Positions 1 to 8,089 of a DNA stretch of 57,692 nucleotides are shown piece by piece (position 1 is the stretch's first letter; every line of letters begins with the position of its first letter). Below the pieces are notes generated by a model, which did no database searches, was not told the origin of the DNA, and saw nothing but the letters and a program-made list of their open reading frames with translations. The position numbers and the translations under genes were made by a program. The DNA is from a virus: the IMG/VR virus record IMGVR_UViG_3300037755_000365, positions 1 to 57,692 of that record. The stretch is one strand, 5' to 3'.

Positions 1-30
1 AGAACTCATCAATGGTGAGACATCGCTCGT
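1..30. repeat. 30-nt terminal overlap (copy 1), identical to 57663..57692; circular closure of the contig
   Basis: agaactcatcaatggtgagacatcgctcgt is present at both window ends; an ORF reads in frame through the joined ends. Confidence 0.95.
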
Positions 31-481
31 TCTCTATCCGACTGGGTTCGCGATACTGACCTGTGACGGAGCGGAGTGGCATGGGTTCGTAGATCCGGGA
101 ATTAGAGCGGGATCGTTCAATCCGACCCCGACCGGCGTGACATCACCAAGCGGTGCAATGTCGTTCTCGATACGTCGGAACAAGGCAACGCTAGCGGTCA
201 CGACGCTTGTTGGCGGAGTCAGCAGCTCGACCGCTTTCACGGTGACTGGACTCCCTGCGTATCTGACGCCTAATTTCGTTCAGGTGCATCCGACGTTCGT
301 TGCTAATGGTGCCGTGACGCCGGCAAATCGTCCGGCGATCGTCTCGATAAGCACGGGCGGCGTGATGACGTTCTCAATGGGCGATCCGTTCTCGACGACT
401 GGTTTCACGAATGACGGAAATCCAAAAGGTCTAACAGTGGGTTGGATGCTTACGTATCCGCTCTGGCTCACGCTGCCGTAA
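1..481 (+). CDS. tail fibre / receptor-binding protein 1, 3' part (5' part is 57295..57692; joined ORF 282 aa)
   Basis: Frame 2 is open from base 2 (ELINGETSLVLYPTGF...) and continues the ORF that runs off the window end; stop at 479-481. Confidence 0.7.
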   Translation, partial: ELINGETSLVLYPTGFAILTCDGAEWHGFVDPGIRAGSFNPTPTGVTSPSGAMSFSIRRNKATLAVTTLVGGVSSSTAFTVTGLPAYLTPNFVQVHPTFVANGAVTPANRPAIVSISTGGVMTFSMGDPFSTTGFTNDGNPKGLTVGWMLTYPLWLTLP

Positions 482-495
482 GTAAGGGTATAGAG

Positions 496-708
496 ATGCA
501 AGTCAAGCAAGCAACCCATTTCATGGGCTCGAAGGACTGCGAGTTCAAAATTAACGGCAGGCCGCTGACGGAATTCAGGAGAGCTCGTTTGCGATTGATC
601 GCGAAGGCTTTGAATCTTTCTGCCGAAGGCCCTAAGAACATGCTGTTGCACCGAATCGTGGCGAAGCTTCGCGCGAACGGAGCAGACACGGAGTTGAGCA
701 ATCTATGA
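496..708 (+). CDS. small protein with SAP/HeH-like helix-extended-helix motif
   Basis: ATG at 496 inside track ORF 442..708; LRLIAKALNLSAEGPKNMLLHRIVAKL; stop overlaps next start (ATGA at 705). Confidence 0.5.
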   Translation: MQVKQATHFMGSKDCEFKINGRPLTEFRRARLRLIAKALNLSAEGPKNMLLHRIVAKLRANGADTELSNL

Positions 709-2657
709 CGTCTCCGTATCAATCGCCTACTCCGATCACTGGTTATAACGCGACGCCGCCATCCGACGACGGCTCAACCGTTTCATCGAACCAGCTCTCG
801 TGGGCGAAGCATAAGACCAAGCTCAGCGACCCGATAAAGACGTTTGTCGAGGCGATCGACGCGAACGTACAGGCCGCGTTCACCGCGATTTACGGGGAAA
901 CCGACGCCGAAACCGCCCCAGGCGTGACGGTCGTCAATCCACAGTTTCCGTTCGGCGATCTGCGGCGCATCGGGGTAGTGCCGAACAGCGAAGACGCGGC
1001 GTCAGCGAACGCTTCGGCAATGGCAGCGTACTTCGATCCCACGGTTGCAAACGGGCCACGCGGCAATTTCTATTTTCCGAACACAACCGGCTCAGATACC
1101 TACTACTTCGACGGCATGATCCCATTCCGCAATGGGGTCCACATCGATTGCCGTGGCTGCATCCTTGATTTTGAGAAAACCTACGCGTCCGGTGATGACC
1201 AGCGCGCGTTCTTCATGGCCATCAAAGACTTTTCGATGATTAATTTCGAGATGCACATCGACTACAACGGCAGTGCTGGCGTTCATGCCGGCAACGCATT
1301 CAGGTTCGGTAACCGAAATAATCAAGGGCCTGATTTCCCGTTTGGTATGGAAGAGGACCTTCCGTACATTATGGGAGACATCAGGCTCGCAAGCTTTAAG
1401 ATCGTAACGAACAACCCAGTGAACGACGGGGTGATCCTAGCGCTCGGTGGTCCAGAAAGAGTTGTGATCGAGGATTTTGATATCGACGGTGGAGGAGCGA
1501 GCTCATACGGCATCCTGGCTGAAACGGGTAACTGGTCTGATAACGGCGTCCCTAGTAATTCCGGCAAGTGGTCGAGCTCTCATCCTGCGCATTGGAGGAT
1601 TTCCAGAGGTCGCATCGTTGCCCTTGACGATAGTCTGACCGAAGGTGCCGGCATTGGTTGTATCGGCATGCACTCGTCGCTCATTGAAGATATCCAAGTC
1701 GATACGGCTTATGTGGCGGTCGAGAGCCGTCCGAGCGAATCGCTTTTCTATCGTGTCGCTCCTAAGGATTCTCAGCGCACGGCGATGCAGTACGGAAACA
1801 TATCCGGTAAGAACATCGCAAACACAGGCGCGGTATTGGTCGGCGCTTCGTCCTCAACATCACTAGCGACAGAACTGGCAACGCTTGCGACCGATCAGCT
1901 TCGACGCGCCGCACAGATAAACCTGATTACGTACGTCATGACCGGGTTCAACTTCCCGGACGCAGCGGTTGGTATTGCCATCTCCGGTCCCACGACGCTT
2001 CGACGCGGAGAGATTCGCGGCTACAGTTCTTCAGGGGCGATAAGGGTTTTCCCAGAGGCCGGTCCGATAGACTTCTTCGGCATTCGGATATTTGATGGCG
2101 ATGGTTCCGCGTTTGACTTGGCAAACCCGCGCGCGATTTCAGGCAGCCTTACAACCATCAGCGGGCGCATAGAAGGCTGCAAGGTCGGCGGTGCCACAGG
2201 CCCAGGTTTTGCCATAGCAGACACAGACGGGCTAGAAGTCGTCAACAACGATGTTGGATATGCTACGTCACTCGATGATGCCGCAGATGAGTCCACCATG
2301 ACGCAGGTTGTCAGCGTCACCACAACCGCTAAAAACGTCACGTTCAAGAACAACTACGCGACTATTATTGGAGCCGGCCCGGCATACGGGAACCAAGGAA
2401 CGTCGGATCGCGGATGCAACATCGTAAGCCCACGGGGAGCGAGCAGCTTCACCGCGAATGTCTGGCAGATTGATGGCGTCGCGCGGGCAACCCAGGGCGC
2501 TCTTGAGGACGCTACGCACGCCATAAACACCGACAACAAATATGTCGGCAAACAAGTATTTGACGTGACAAACGAAGTCGAGCGGACCGCTATGGGTGCC
2601 GGCACCACTGGCGCTTGGAAAGGCAAAGACGGCACTGCCGCAATTACCCCGTCATGA
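705..2657 (+). CDS. tailspike / receptor-binding protein 2, pectate-lyase-like beta-helix
   Basis: 650 aa; N-terminal ~58 aa shares 33 identities (hand alignment) with the ORF starting 57295; then GVVPNSEDAASANASAMAAYF..FYFPNTTGSDTYYFDG and repetitive beta-helix-like coils. Confidence 0.8.
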   Translation: MTSPYQSPTPITGYNATPPSDDGSTVSSNQLSWAKHKTKLSDPIKTFVEAIDANVQAAFTAIYGETDAETAPGVTVVNPQFPFGDLRRIGVVPNSEDAASANASAMAAYFDPTVANGPRGNFYFPNTTGSDTYYFDGMIPFRNGVHIDCRGCILDFEKTYASGDDQRAFFMAIKDFSMINFEMHIDYNGSAGVHAGNAFRFGNRNNQGPDFPFGMEEDLPYIMGDIRLASFKIVTNNPVNDGVILALGGPERVVIEDFDIDGGGASSYGILAETGNWSDNGVPSNSGKWSSSHPAHWRISRGRIVALDDSLTEGAGIGCIGMHSSLIEDIQVDTAYVAVESRPSESLFYRVAPKDSQRTAMQYGNISGKNIANTGAVLVGASSSTSLATELATLATDQLRRAAQINLITYVMTGFNFPDAAVGIAISGPTTLRRGEIRGYSSSGAIRVFPEAGPIDFFGIRIFDGDGSAFDLANPRAISGSLTTISGRIEGCKVGGATGPGFAIADTDGLEVVNNDVGYATSLDDAADESTMTQVVSVTTTAKNVTFKNNYATIIGAGPAYGNQGTSDRGCNIVSPRGASSFTANVWQIDGVARATQGALEDATHAINTDNKYVGKQVFDVTNEVERTAMGAGTTGAWKGKDGTAAITPS

Positions 2658-3738
2658 CCTTGTGAGTCCGGGGTAACAGGATATTTCTAGTTGCAAGCGC
2701 TGGTCGTTCCACGATCACCCACGACAGCCAAGCAAGTCCGATGGATATGGCGAGCATCGTGAGTAGAGAACTGTACCCGAGTTCCAGCATGGCGTTTGCG
2801 ACAGGCATGTGGTAGAGGTACAGCCCGTAGCTCAAATCGGCCGGAAGATGGATCGGTCTTGAATAGGCCGCAGAGACGACGAGCATAGCAAGTATCGTCT
2901 CAGACACGGGATTGATTAGATTCCCGCCGACGTTGAAGCCGAGCGACCACAGTAGGCCGGATTGAGCGAGATAGATTGCGATCCATATGTGGAGTTTCCC
3001 TGCCAGCAGTTTTCGCACGACTCCAGTGTTCCTTTGCAGGATCACGCCGATAAGGAACATATAGAGAAACGGCGCTAGTGAAACGTTCGCAAGCTTCACG
3101 AGCAAGGCGTCTGATCGCCAAGCGAACCACACGAACACTTGATTCGCGATCACTCCGAGGATGATCGCGACAAGTAGTGATTTGTTCGAGCGGAGCAGCC
3201 AGTACAAGACGGGAAGGCAAAGGTAGAACTGAAGCTCTACCGGGATCGTCCATAGGCTGCCGTTCAAGACTCCGACACCGTACTCACGGAGATAGTCCGG
3301 GTTATAGAACTGGACGATGGTCAGTTGTGCCAGAACCCATAGAGCCGTGAAGTCGATACCGGAGATCAAGTAGACGCTAGCCATGCTAACGGCCAAGCAG
3401 GCCCAAAGGCCCGGATAGATTCGCAGCGCCCGCTTGATGAAGTAGGCGCGTAGGTCTGATCGCTCAAAACTGGCGGACACGAGGTAGCCCGAGATCACGA
3501 AGAATATCGGGACACCAGGGAATATCTGAATGACGCTGGTTAGTGCGTTCGGTTCGATGTTTAGGTGAAGGACGCCGTGAATGATGGCTACCTGTAGGGC
3601 AGCGAGGATGCGCAGTAGATCGAAGTTGTTGCGCCTGTCCACGGCGGGATAGTAGCAAAGGAACCCGATGAACCTCGAAAAGCTCCTGTCCACCCTTCGC
3701 TTGGAGGAAGGGTGAATGTTCCCAGATTTACGATCCAT
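2644..3738 (-). CDS. acyltransferase family 3 (OafA/Oac-like) integral-membrane O-acyltransferase
   Basis: 364 aa, about ten hydrophobic segments, AT3 N-terminal signature NNFDLLRILAALQVAIIHG; alternative GTG start at 3642; convergent 14-nt overlap with tailspike stop. Confidence 0.8.
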   Translation of the reverse strand: MDRKSGNIHPSSKRRVDRSFSRFIGFLCYYPAVDRRNNFDLLRILAALQVAIIHGVLHLNIEPNALTSVIQIFPGVPIFFVISGYLVSASFERSDLRAYFIKRALRIYPGLWACLAVSMASVYLISGIDFTALWVLAQLTIVQFYNPDYLREYGVGVLNGSLWTIPVELQFYLCLPVLYWLLRSNKSLLVAIILGVIANQVFVWFAWRSDALLVKLANVSLAPFLYMFLIGVILQRNTGVVRKLLAGKLHIWIAIYLAQSGLLWSLGFNVGGNLINPVSETILAMLVVSAAYSRPIHLPADLSYGLYLYHMPVANAMLELGYSSLLTMLAISIGLAWLSWVIVERPALATRNILLPRTHKVMTG

Positions 3739-4204
3739 CAGCCTGACGCTGTATCAGGTAGCGCAGCGGTTCGTCGGCATGAAGGAGATTGCCGGCGAGA
3801 AGGACAACGGATTCATCGTCTGGGCGCATAGCCTCGTGGGGCTCCCTGATGCCGATGACGAAACGCCGTGGTGCGCGAGCTGGTTGAACGGCTTGTGCTT
3901 CATTCTCGGCCTTCCCATGTCGAATTCCGCGGCAGCCCGTTCGTGGCTCAACGTGGGCGTCCCTGTGGATTTGGACGACGCGATACCTGGCTTCGATGTG
4001 GTGATCCTACAGCGCGGCTCAGGGCCTCAGCCTGGGCCTGACGTGACGAGCGGGGCTCCGGGGCACGTAGGGTTGTTCGCGGGGCTTCAGGGCGACGTCC
4101 CCAACCATTACGTGCTGATTCTGGGCGGCAACCAAGCGGATCAGGTTTCGATTGCGAGATTCCCTCGCGACCAGGTTCTCGGTGTGAGACGCCTGCATGG
4201 CTAG
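3716..4204 (+). CDS. cell-wall hydrolase, TIGR02594 / NlpC-P60-CHAP-like (candidate endolysin)
   Basis: PWCASWLNG .. GHVGLFAGL .. ILGGNQADQVS pattern typical of the phage-associated TIGR02594 family; no signal peptide; followed by small membrane proteins. Confidence 0.65.
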   Translation: MFPDLRSISLTLYQVAQRFVGMKEIAGEKDNGFIVWAHSLVGLPDADDETPWCASWLNGLCFILGLPMSNSAAARSWLNVGVPVDLDDAIPGFDVVILQRGSGPQPGPDVTSGAPGHVGLFAGLQGDVPNHYVLILGGNQADQVSIARFPRDQVLGVRRLHG

Positions 4205-4562
4205 CGCCGTTGCCGAAGTCGGCGCTCGGATTGCCTTGTGGTGGATGGATAACCGTCCGTTCAGTCCCGCGAAGCGAGCCGAGCGCAAATCCAAACGCAA
4301 AGAGAAGAAAGCACGCAGACGCGCCAAGCGTCGCGGCGAGGAATTCACCAGTGAGCTTTTGCCCGAAGACACCGTAAGAGAGGATTCCCATATGGCTGCT
4401 TATAGCAAACTGATCGTTATGCTCGTCGGCGCGGCGTTGACGTTCCTGTCGAGATGGTTCCCTGGTCTCGAAGGTGCCGATGCCGAGGCGATCGTCGAGG
4501 CGGCGCTGCTGCTTCTAACCGCACTCGGTGTGTGGGCGGTGCCGAACAAGCCGGCGCAGTAA
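4197..4562 (+). CDS. membrane protein, very basic N-terminus plus two C-terminal TM helices (holin-like candidate)
   Basis: ATG overlaps lysin stop; KRAERKSKRKEKKARRRAKRR then LIVMLVGAALTFLSRWF and AALLLLTALGVWAV; internal Met at 4392 could be an alternative start. Confidence 0.45.
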   Translation: MASAVAEVGARIALWWMDNRPFSPAKRAERKSKRKEKKARRRAKRRGEEFTSELLPEDTVREDSHMAAYSKLIVMLVGAALTFLSRWFPGLEGADAEAIVEAALLLLTALGVWAVPNKPAQ

Positions 4563-4575
4563 GCGGAGAACCGAC

Positions 4576-4710
4576 ATGACCTGGCAAATATTCCTGCTGG
4601 TGCTTGCGCTCGTATTGTTCGTGCTGGCAGCACTGAACATCAGCGCACCACGAGTTAATCTCGGCTGGGCTGGGATGGCGGCGTTATGCGCCTACTGGAT
4701 CTTTGGGTAG
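4576..4710 (+). CDS. 44-aa two-TM membrane protein (holin/antiholin-like candidate)
   Basis: ATG at 4576 preceded by GGAG; MTWQIFLLVLALVLFVLAALNISAPRVNLGWAGMAALCAYWIFG. Confidence 0.45.
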   Translation: MTWQIFLLVLALVLFVLAALNISAPRVNLGWAGMAALCAYWIFG

Positions 4711-4720
4711 TGCAGACACG

Positions 4721-4966
4721 ATGACCGATACCATTGCTATCGCCTTCCTTCTGCTGTCGGTAGGCTGGCTGGTGACTGCGCTCACGGGACTCATCAACGT
4801 GCGAATTGCATTGCGCCATGAAAAAGAACTTCGGGCGCAGGCAAAGGCACTAGGCGAAGTCGTGCATAACACCAACGGTATTCAGGCCGCGCTAGTCGCC
4901 TCCGAGCGCAAGGACGCCTTCGCGGAAGGGGTAAAGAGCGAACATGATAAGGGTCAGAGGCCGTAG
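4721..4966 (+). CDS. bitopic membrane protein (N-terminal TM + coiled coil)
   Basis: ATG at 4721 in track ORF 4703..4966; IAIAFLLLSVGWLVTALTGLI then helical charged region. Confidence 0.5.
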   Translation: MTDTIAIAFLLLSVGWLVTALTGLINVRIALRHEKELRAQAKALGEVVHNTNGIQAALVASERKDAFAEGVKSEHDKGQRP

Positions 4967-4987
4967 CTACACAAAAAGCCGCGGGCC

Positions 4988-5395
4988 ATGACTGAGACGA
5001 CGTCCAAGTTATTAGGCTCGTGGCTTTCGATAGCCGTGCAGGGAATCACCATTCTGACAGTGGTCTCTGGTGCGGCATGGGTGGTAGCAAAGCCGATCAT
5101 TCAGGAAGCCATCACAGAGAACGTGCGCAACAGCATCAGGGATCTCGAGGCCGCTACGACGATGCGCGCGGCGCAGCTCGAGACCGCATTCAATGAGAAT
5201 AACGCTGCGCTCGCAATGCGGCTATCGCGCCTCGAGGCCAAGCTCGACATCGAGCCCGAGCTCCGCAGCTTGATTGCGTTGCGCTGCATGGGGCAATTCG
5301 GGGTCAACTCAACGATCACGCGCCTGAAAAGAGACTATCGATTCAGAACGGGGGACGATTACCAGGAGCCCGATTGCGAGCGCTTGGTCAGGTAG
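4988..5395 (+). CDS. bitopic membrane protein (N-terminal TM + coiled coil), i-spanin-like architecture
   Basis: 135 aa; WLSIAVQGITILTVVSGAAWVVA then heptad-like helical region. Confidence 0.55.
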   Translation: MTETTSKLLGSWLSIAVQGITILTVVSGAAWVVAKPIIQEAITENVRNSIRDLEAATTMRAAQLETAFNENNAALAMRLSRLEAKLDIEPELRSLIALRCMGQFGVNSTITRLKRDYRFRTGDDYQEPDCERLVR

Positions 5396-5449
5396 TGGCG
5401 ATTGCCGTGGCGATCTGGAAGTAAGGTACACCCGACATGACCACGGCCA

Positions 5450-5473
5450 AATAATTGTATGCGCTACGTAGCG
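5450..5473 (+). repeat. imperfect direct repeat, left copy, flanking the endonuclease-like cassette
   Basis: aataattgtatgcgctacgtagcg vs aataattgtgtgcaaaacgtagag at 6114..6137 (19/24 identical). Confidence 0.7.
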
Positions 5474-6030
5474 GCGCCGGTTCTGAGAGGCGTAAAGATG
5501 GCCCTTTCTGGTTTCCAGCCACGGTGTAGCCGTCTAATCAGCTGCTGATACGTAATGCCACCGACCCTGGCCCAATCTTGAACGCTTCGGTTTTCGCCGC
5601 GGCAGGCCAAGAATCTTGTAGTACGTCTATTCTTGGCTTGGTCAGTGTAAGTAGCCCAGCGACAGTTATCCGGGTTGTATCCACGCTGGTTGTCAATACG
5701 CTCAAGTGTATACCCATGTGGAGACATGCCCATGTCTGCAATGAAGTTCTCAAAGCTACGTGCCCATCTGTCGCAAACAGTAATTCCTCTGCCGCCGTAA
5801 CTGCTCCATCTGGGATTGTTTGGATTGCCGCATCGTTCGCGCATGTTCTCCCAAGTCTTGTGCTCGCGGCTGTCGCTTAGCCCATGAGAACGATTGGTGC
5901 GTGCATGGTTGGCCAGATACCGCAATGGCTGACCTTTGACCCACCCTTTCTTTGCCACAGAGTATGGGGCTAGCTTTGTGGGTAGGCCGCAGCCGCACTC
6001 GCACAGTTTGATAGGATTCGCGTCAGCCAT
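5464..6030 (-). CDS. free-standing homing-endonuclease-like DNA-binding protein (HNH/AP2-like family)
   Basis: 188 aa; SYGGRGITVCDRW..FENFIADMG..GYTLERID..GYNPDNCRWAT; opposite strand to both neighbours. Confidence 0.6.
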   Translation of the reverse strand: MADANPIKLCECGCGLPTKLAPYSVAKKGWVKGQPLRYLANHARTNRSHGLSDSREHKTWENMRERCGNPNNPRWSSYGGRGITVCDRWARSFENFIADMGMSPHGYTLERIDNQRGYNPDNCRWATYTDQAKNRRTTRFLACRGENRSVQDWARVGGITYQQLIRRLHRGWKPERAIFTPLRTGAAT

Positions 6031-6113
6031 GACATACCCCCGTTAGGTGTGGCGTGGTCAGAGGTCCTAGATGCCGTTAGAGCGGGCTCTGGGCCTCGCC
6101 ATTATAACGCAGG

Positions 6114-6137
6114 AATAATTGTGTGCAAAACGTAGAG
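6114..6137 (+). repeat. imperfect direct repeat, right copy, flanking the endonuclease-like cassette
   Basis: See 5450..5473; contains the GTG at 6123 that opens track ORF 6123..6539. Confidence 0.7.
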
Positions 6138-6293
6138 TATGCAACAATAGAGCGGAGCACGGAACGGGATAAGGCCCCGCCCCGTACTCCTGACACCCAG
6201 TCCCCTAATCGGAGGGAACCGGATGCTGTACCGCAAGTTATATCACTCAAGCCGTCGCTTCTGTCCAGAACGCGACATAAGGCTTACGTGACC

Positions 6294-6539
6294 ATGGCGC
6301 GCGCTGGAGATCATGGGCACCCATGGGTCGGCATAGTCCTTGCGGCTCTAGTCGGAGTCGTGTTCGGCATGTTCGGATTCTGGCTCAACGATCAGCAGAA
6401 AGAGATTGACTACGTGACTGCCGTCGCGTCGAACAACTCCGTACGTCTTACGTCTGTGGAGACTCGGCAAACCGAAGTCATCGAGGAAATCCGGCGCCGC
6501 TTGAGCAACATCGAGACGGAGTTACGCAACCGTGACTGA
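6294..6539 (+). CDS. bitopic membrane protein (TM + coiled coil)
   Basis: ATG at 6294 within track ORF 6123..6539 (GTG 6123 also possible); WVGIVLAALVGVVFGMFGFWL then helical region. Confidence 0.45.
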   Translation: MARAGDHGHPWVGIVLAALVGVVFGMFGFWLNDQQKEIDYVTAVASNNSVRLTSVETRQTEVIEEIRRRLSNIETELRNRD

Positions 6540-6852
6540 GAACGTGACGGAGCTAGAGAACGGCCGGCCGAAGCAGGGTGAGGAAGGCGGGGCTGTGCGG
6601 TCTCCTGGATCGGTGCAGGCGGACTCTGGCGGCGGCTCGCAGCTATTGCACATCGAGCTCGGGCTCGGGAAAAGCGCGATTATCCTTCTGTGGATTTCAT
6701 GCTTCATATCGGCGGTAGCGCTCGTCGGGCTGTGGGCAAATTACGCGGCATTGCGTACCGTTAGCGCGCAGTACCAAGTGTTGCAGTACGACCATCAGGC
6801 GCTCAAAGCTCAGTTGGTCGCGCAGGGAATTTACGAAGGAACGGAGCATTAG
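6532..6852 (+). CDS. membrane protein (central TM + C-terminal helix)
   Basis: 106 aa; AIILLWISCFISAVALVGLWA; start overlaps previous stop. Confidence 0.5.
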   Translation: MTENVTELENGRPKQGEEGGAVRSPGSVQADSGGGSQLLHIELGLGKSAIILLWISCFISAVALVGLWANYAALRTVSAQYQVLQYDHQALKAQLVAQGIYEGTEH

Positions 6853-6853
6853 C

Positions 6854-7120
6854 ATGAGTCATGTCGCCTCTCATCATTGTGGCGGGGTCGGGGAAATCGT
6901 CGGCGAGATCGCTATTTCGTCCGGCGGTAATACCAAGCCTCTGCCGAAGTATTCGCGCCTCAATCTAGCCATTGCCCTGAACACGGAAGGGCTCACGCAC
7001 GAGGAAGCTGAAAGGCTCGACCGCAAAATCATGAAGTACCGCATGAAAATTTACAACGCCGTGGCCCAGGCCGGCGAGACCATCCACGCGGCTCCGCCCA
7101 CGCATCACGACTGGTACTGA
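6854..7120 (+). CDS. hypothetical protein
   Basis: 88-aa ORF abutting neighbours on both sides. Confidence 0.5.
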   Translation: MSHVASHHCGGVGEIVGEIAISSGGNTKPLPKYSRLNLAIALNTEGLTHEEAERLDRKIMKYRMKIYNAVAQAGETIHAAPPTHHDWY

Positions 7121-7121
7121 G

Positions 7122-7388
7122 ATGAACACCGGCAGCATCATCCTAGCCGCCGCCGGCTCTCTCGCGGTTCTGACCGGGAGCGCTTTCGGCGTGGTGCAGG
7201 TCGCAGACTCACGATATGCGCCTATGCAGGCATTCGCCGACGTGCAATGGACGGCCCTCAAGGAAGCGATACGCGAGGTCAGGAAGGATCTGGAGGAGTC
7301 TCCGAACGATCGGGACTTGCAGTATCAGCTAGACGACTTGATTGACCGGCTGTGCAGAAGTTTTCCATCGGATCGAGAGTGCTCCTGA
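7122..7388 (+). CDS. membrane-anchored/secreted helical protein
   Basis: MNTGSIILAAAGSLAVLTGSAFG N-terminal hydrophobic segment then charged helical region. Confidence 0.55.
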   Translation: MNTGSIILAAAGSLAVLTGSAFGVVQVADSRYAPMQAFADVQWTALKEAIREVRKDLEESPNDRDLQYQLDDLIDRLCRSFPSDRECS

Positions 7389-7404
7389 TTCGTTCGGGCA
7401 CGGG

Positions 7405-7947
7405 CTAATAGTGATGGTCGTGTGCAGCGAATTCACGAGTACCCATAATCTCTGCTACTTCGGCGAAGGTGTACGGCCGCCATTCGTGCGTGTCGCTTCC
7501 GACATCTAGCCTTCTCCCAATCGGCGCCAGATTCCCGTGCGAGTGGCCGTGGAGATGCCACGCTCCATAATGACTTCTGTTCCATACCTGGAAGGCGTAA
7601 TGGCATAGTACGAGCCGGTCTCCGGTATCCTCTACCTTGAGTTCGTAGTAGTCCTTGGCCCACTGGAAGTGGTTGTAAGCCAGCCGATTCAGATGGTCGT
7701 GGTTGCCCTCGATGAGATACTTAACTCCGTTCAGGCGAGCTAGGATGGCGGCCGTCTCGGCCTGCTTGCGAAAGCTCACGTCTCCCAGGTGGAAGATGTG
7801 GCCGTTCTGTGGCACGACCTCGTTCCAACGCCGGATCAGTTCCTCGTCCATTTCGTCGATGCTTGAGAACGGGCGACCGAACCTCTCGACCATCGCTTTG
7901 TGGCCGAAGTGCGTATCGGACGTGAAGTAGATCTGGTCGCTTCTCAT
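7405..7947 (-). CDS. calcineurin-like metallophosphoesterase
   Basis: SDTHFGH, HLGDVSF, GNHDH, HGHSHG metal-binding motifs in canonical order; 180 aa. Confidence 0.85.
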   Translation of the reverse strand: MRSDQIYFTSDTHFGHKAMVERFGRPFSSIDEMDEELIRRWNEVVPQNGHIFHLGDVSFRKQAETAAILARLNGVKYLIEGNHDHLNRLAYNHFQWAKDYYELKVEDTGDRLVLCHYAFQVWNRSHYGAWHLHGHSHGNLAPIGRRLDVGSDTHEWRPYTFAEVAEIMGTREFAAHDHHY

Positions 7948-7963
7948 TGAGAATCTGCCTCAC

Positions 7964-8089
7964 TCAAACGGCGGAACACAATAAGAACATCACGACCGAT
8001 CCTGCTATCAGCCCCCGAGAGAACCCATTCCCGACCCCCTGGCAATAGGCATCGATAATTTTAGAGTTTATCCAAGCTGTCGAAATCAT
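7964..8089 (-). CDS. 41-aa hydrophobic peptide (below ORF-track cutoff)
   Basis: Hand translation MISTAWINSKIIDAYCQGVGNGFSRGLIAGSVVMFLLCSAV; ATG overlaps upstream stop (ATGA at 8086-8089). Confidence 0.35.
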   Translation of the reverse strand: MISTAWINSKIIDAYCQGVGNGFSRGLIAGSVVMFLLCSAV

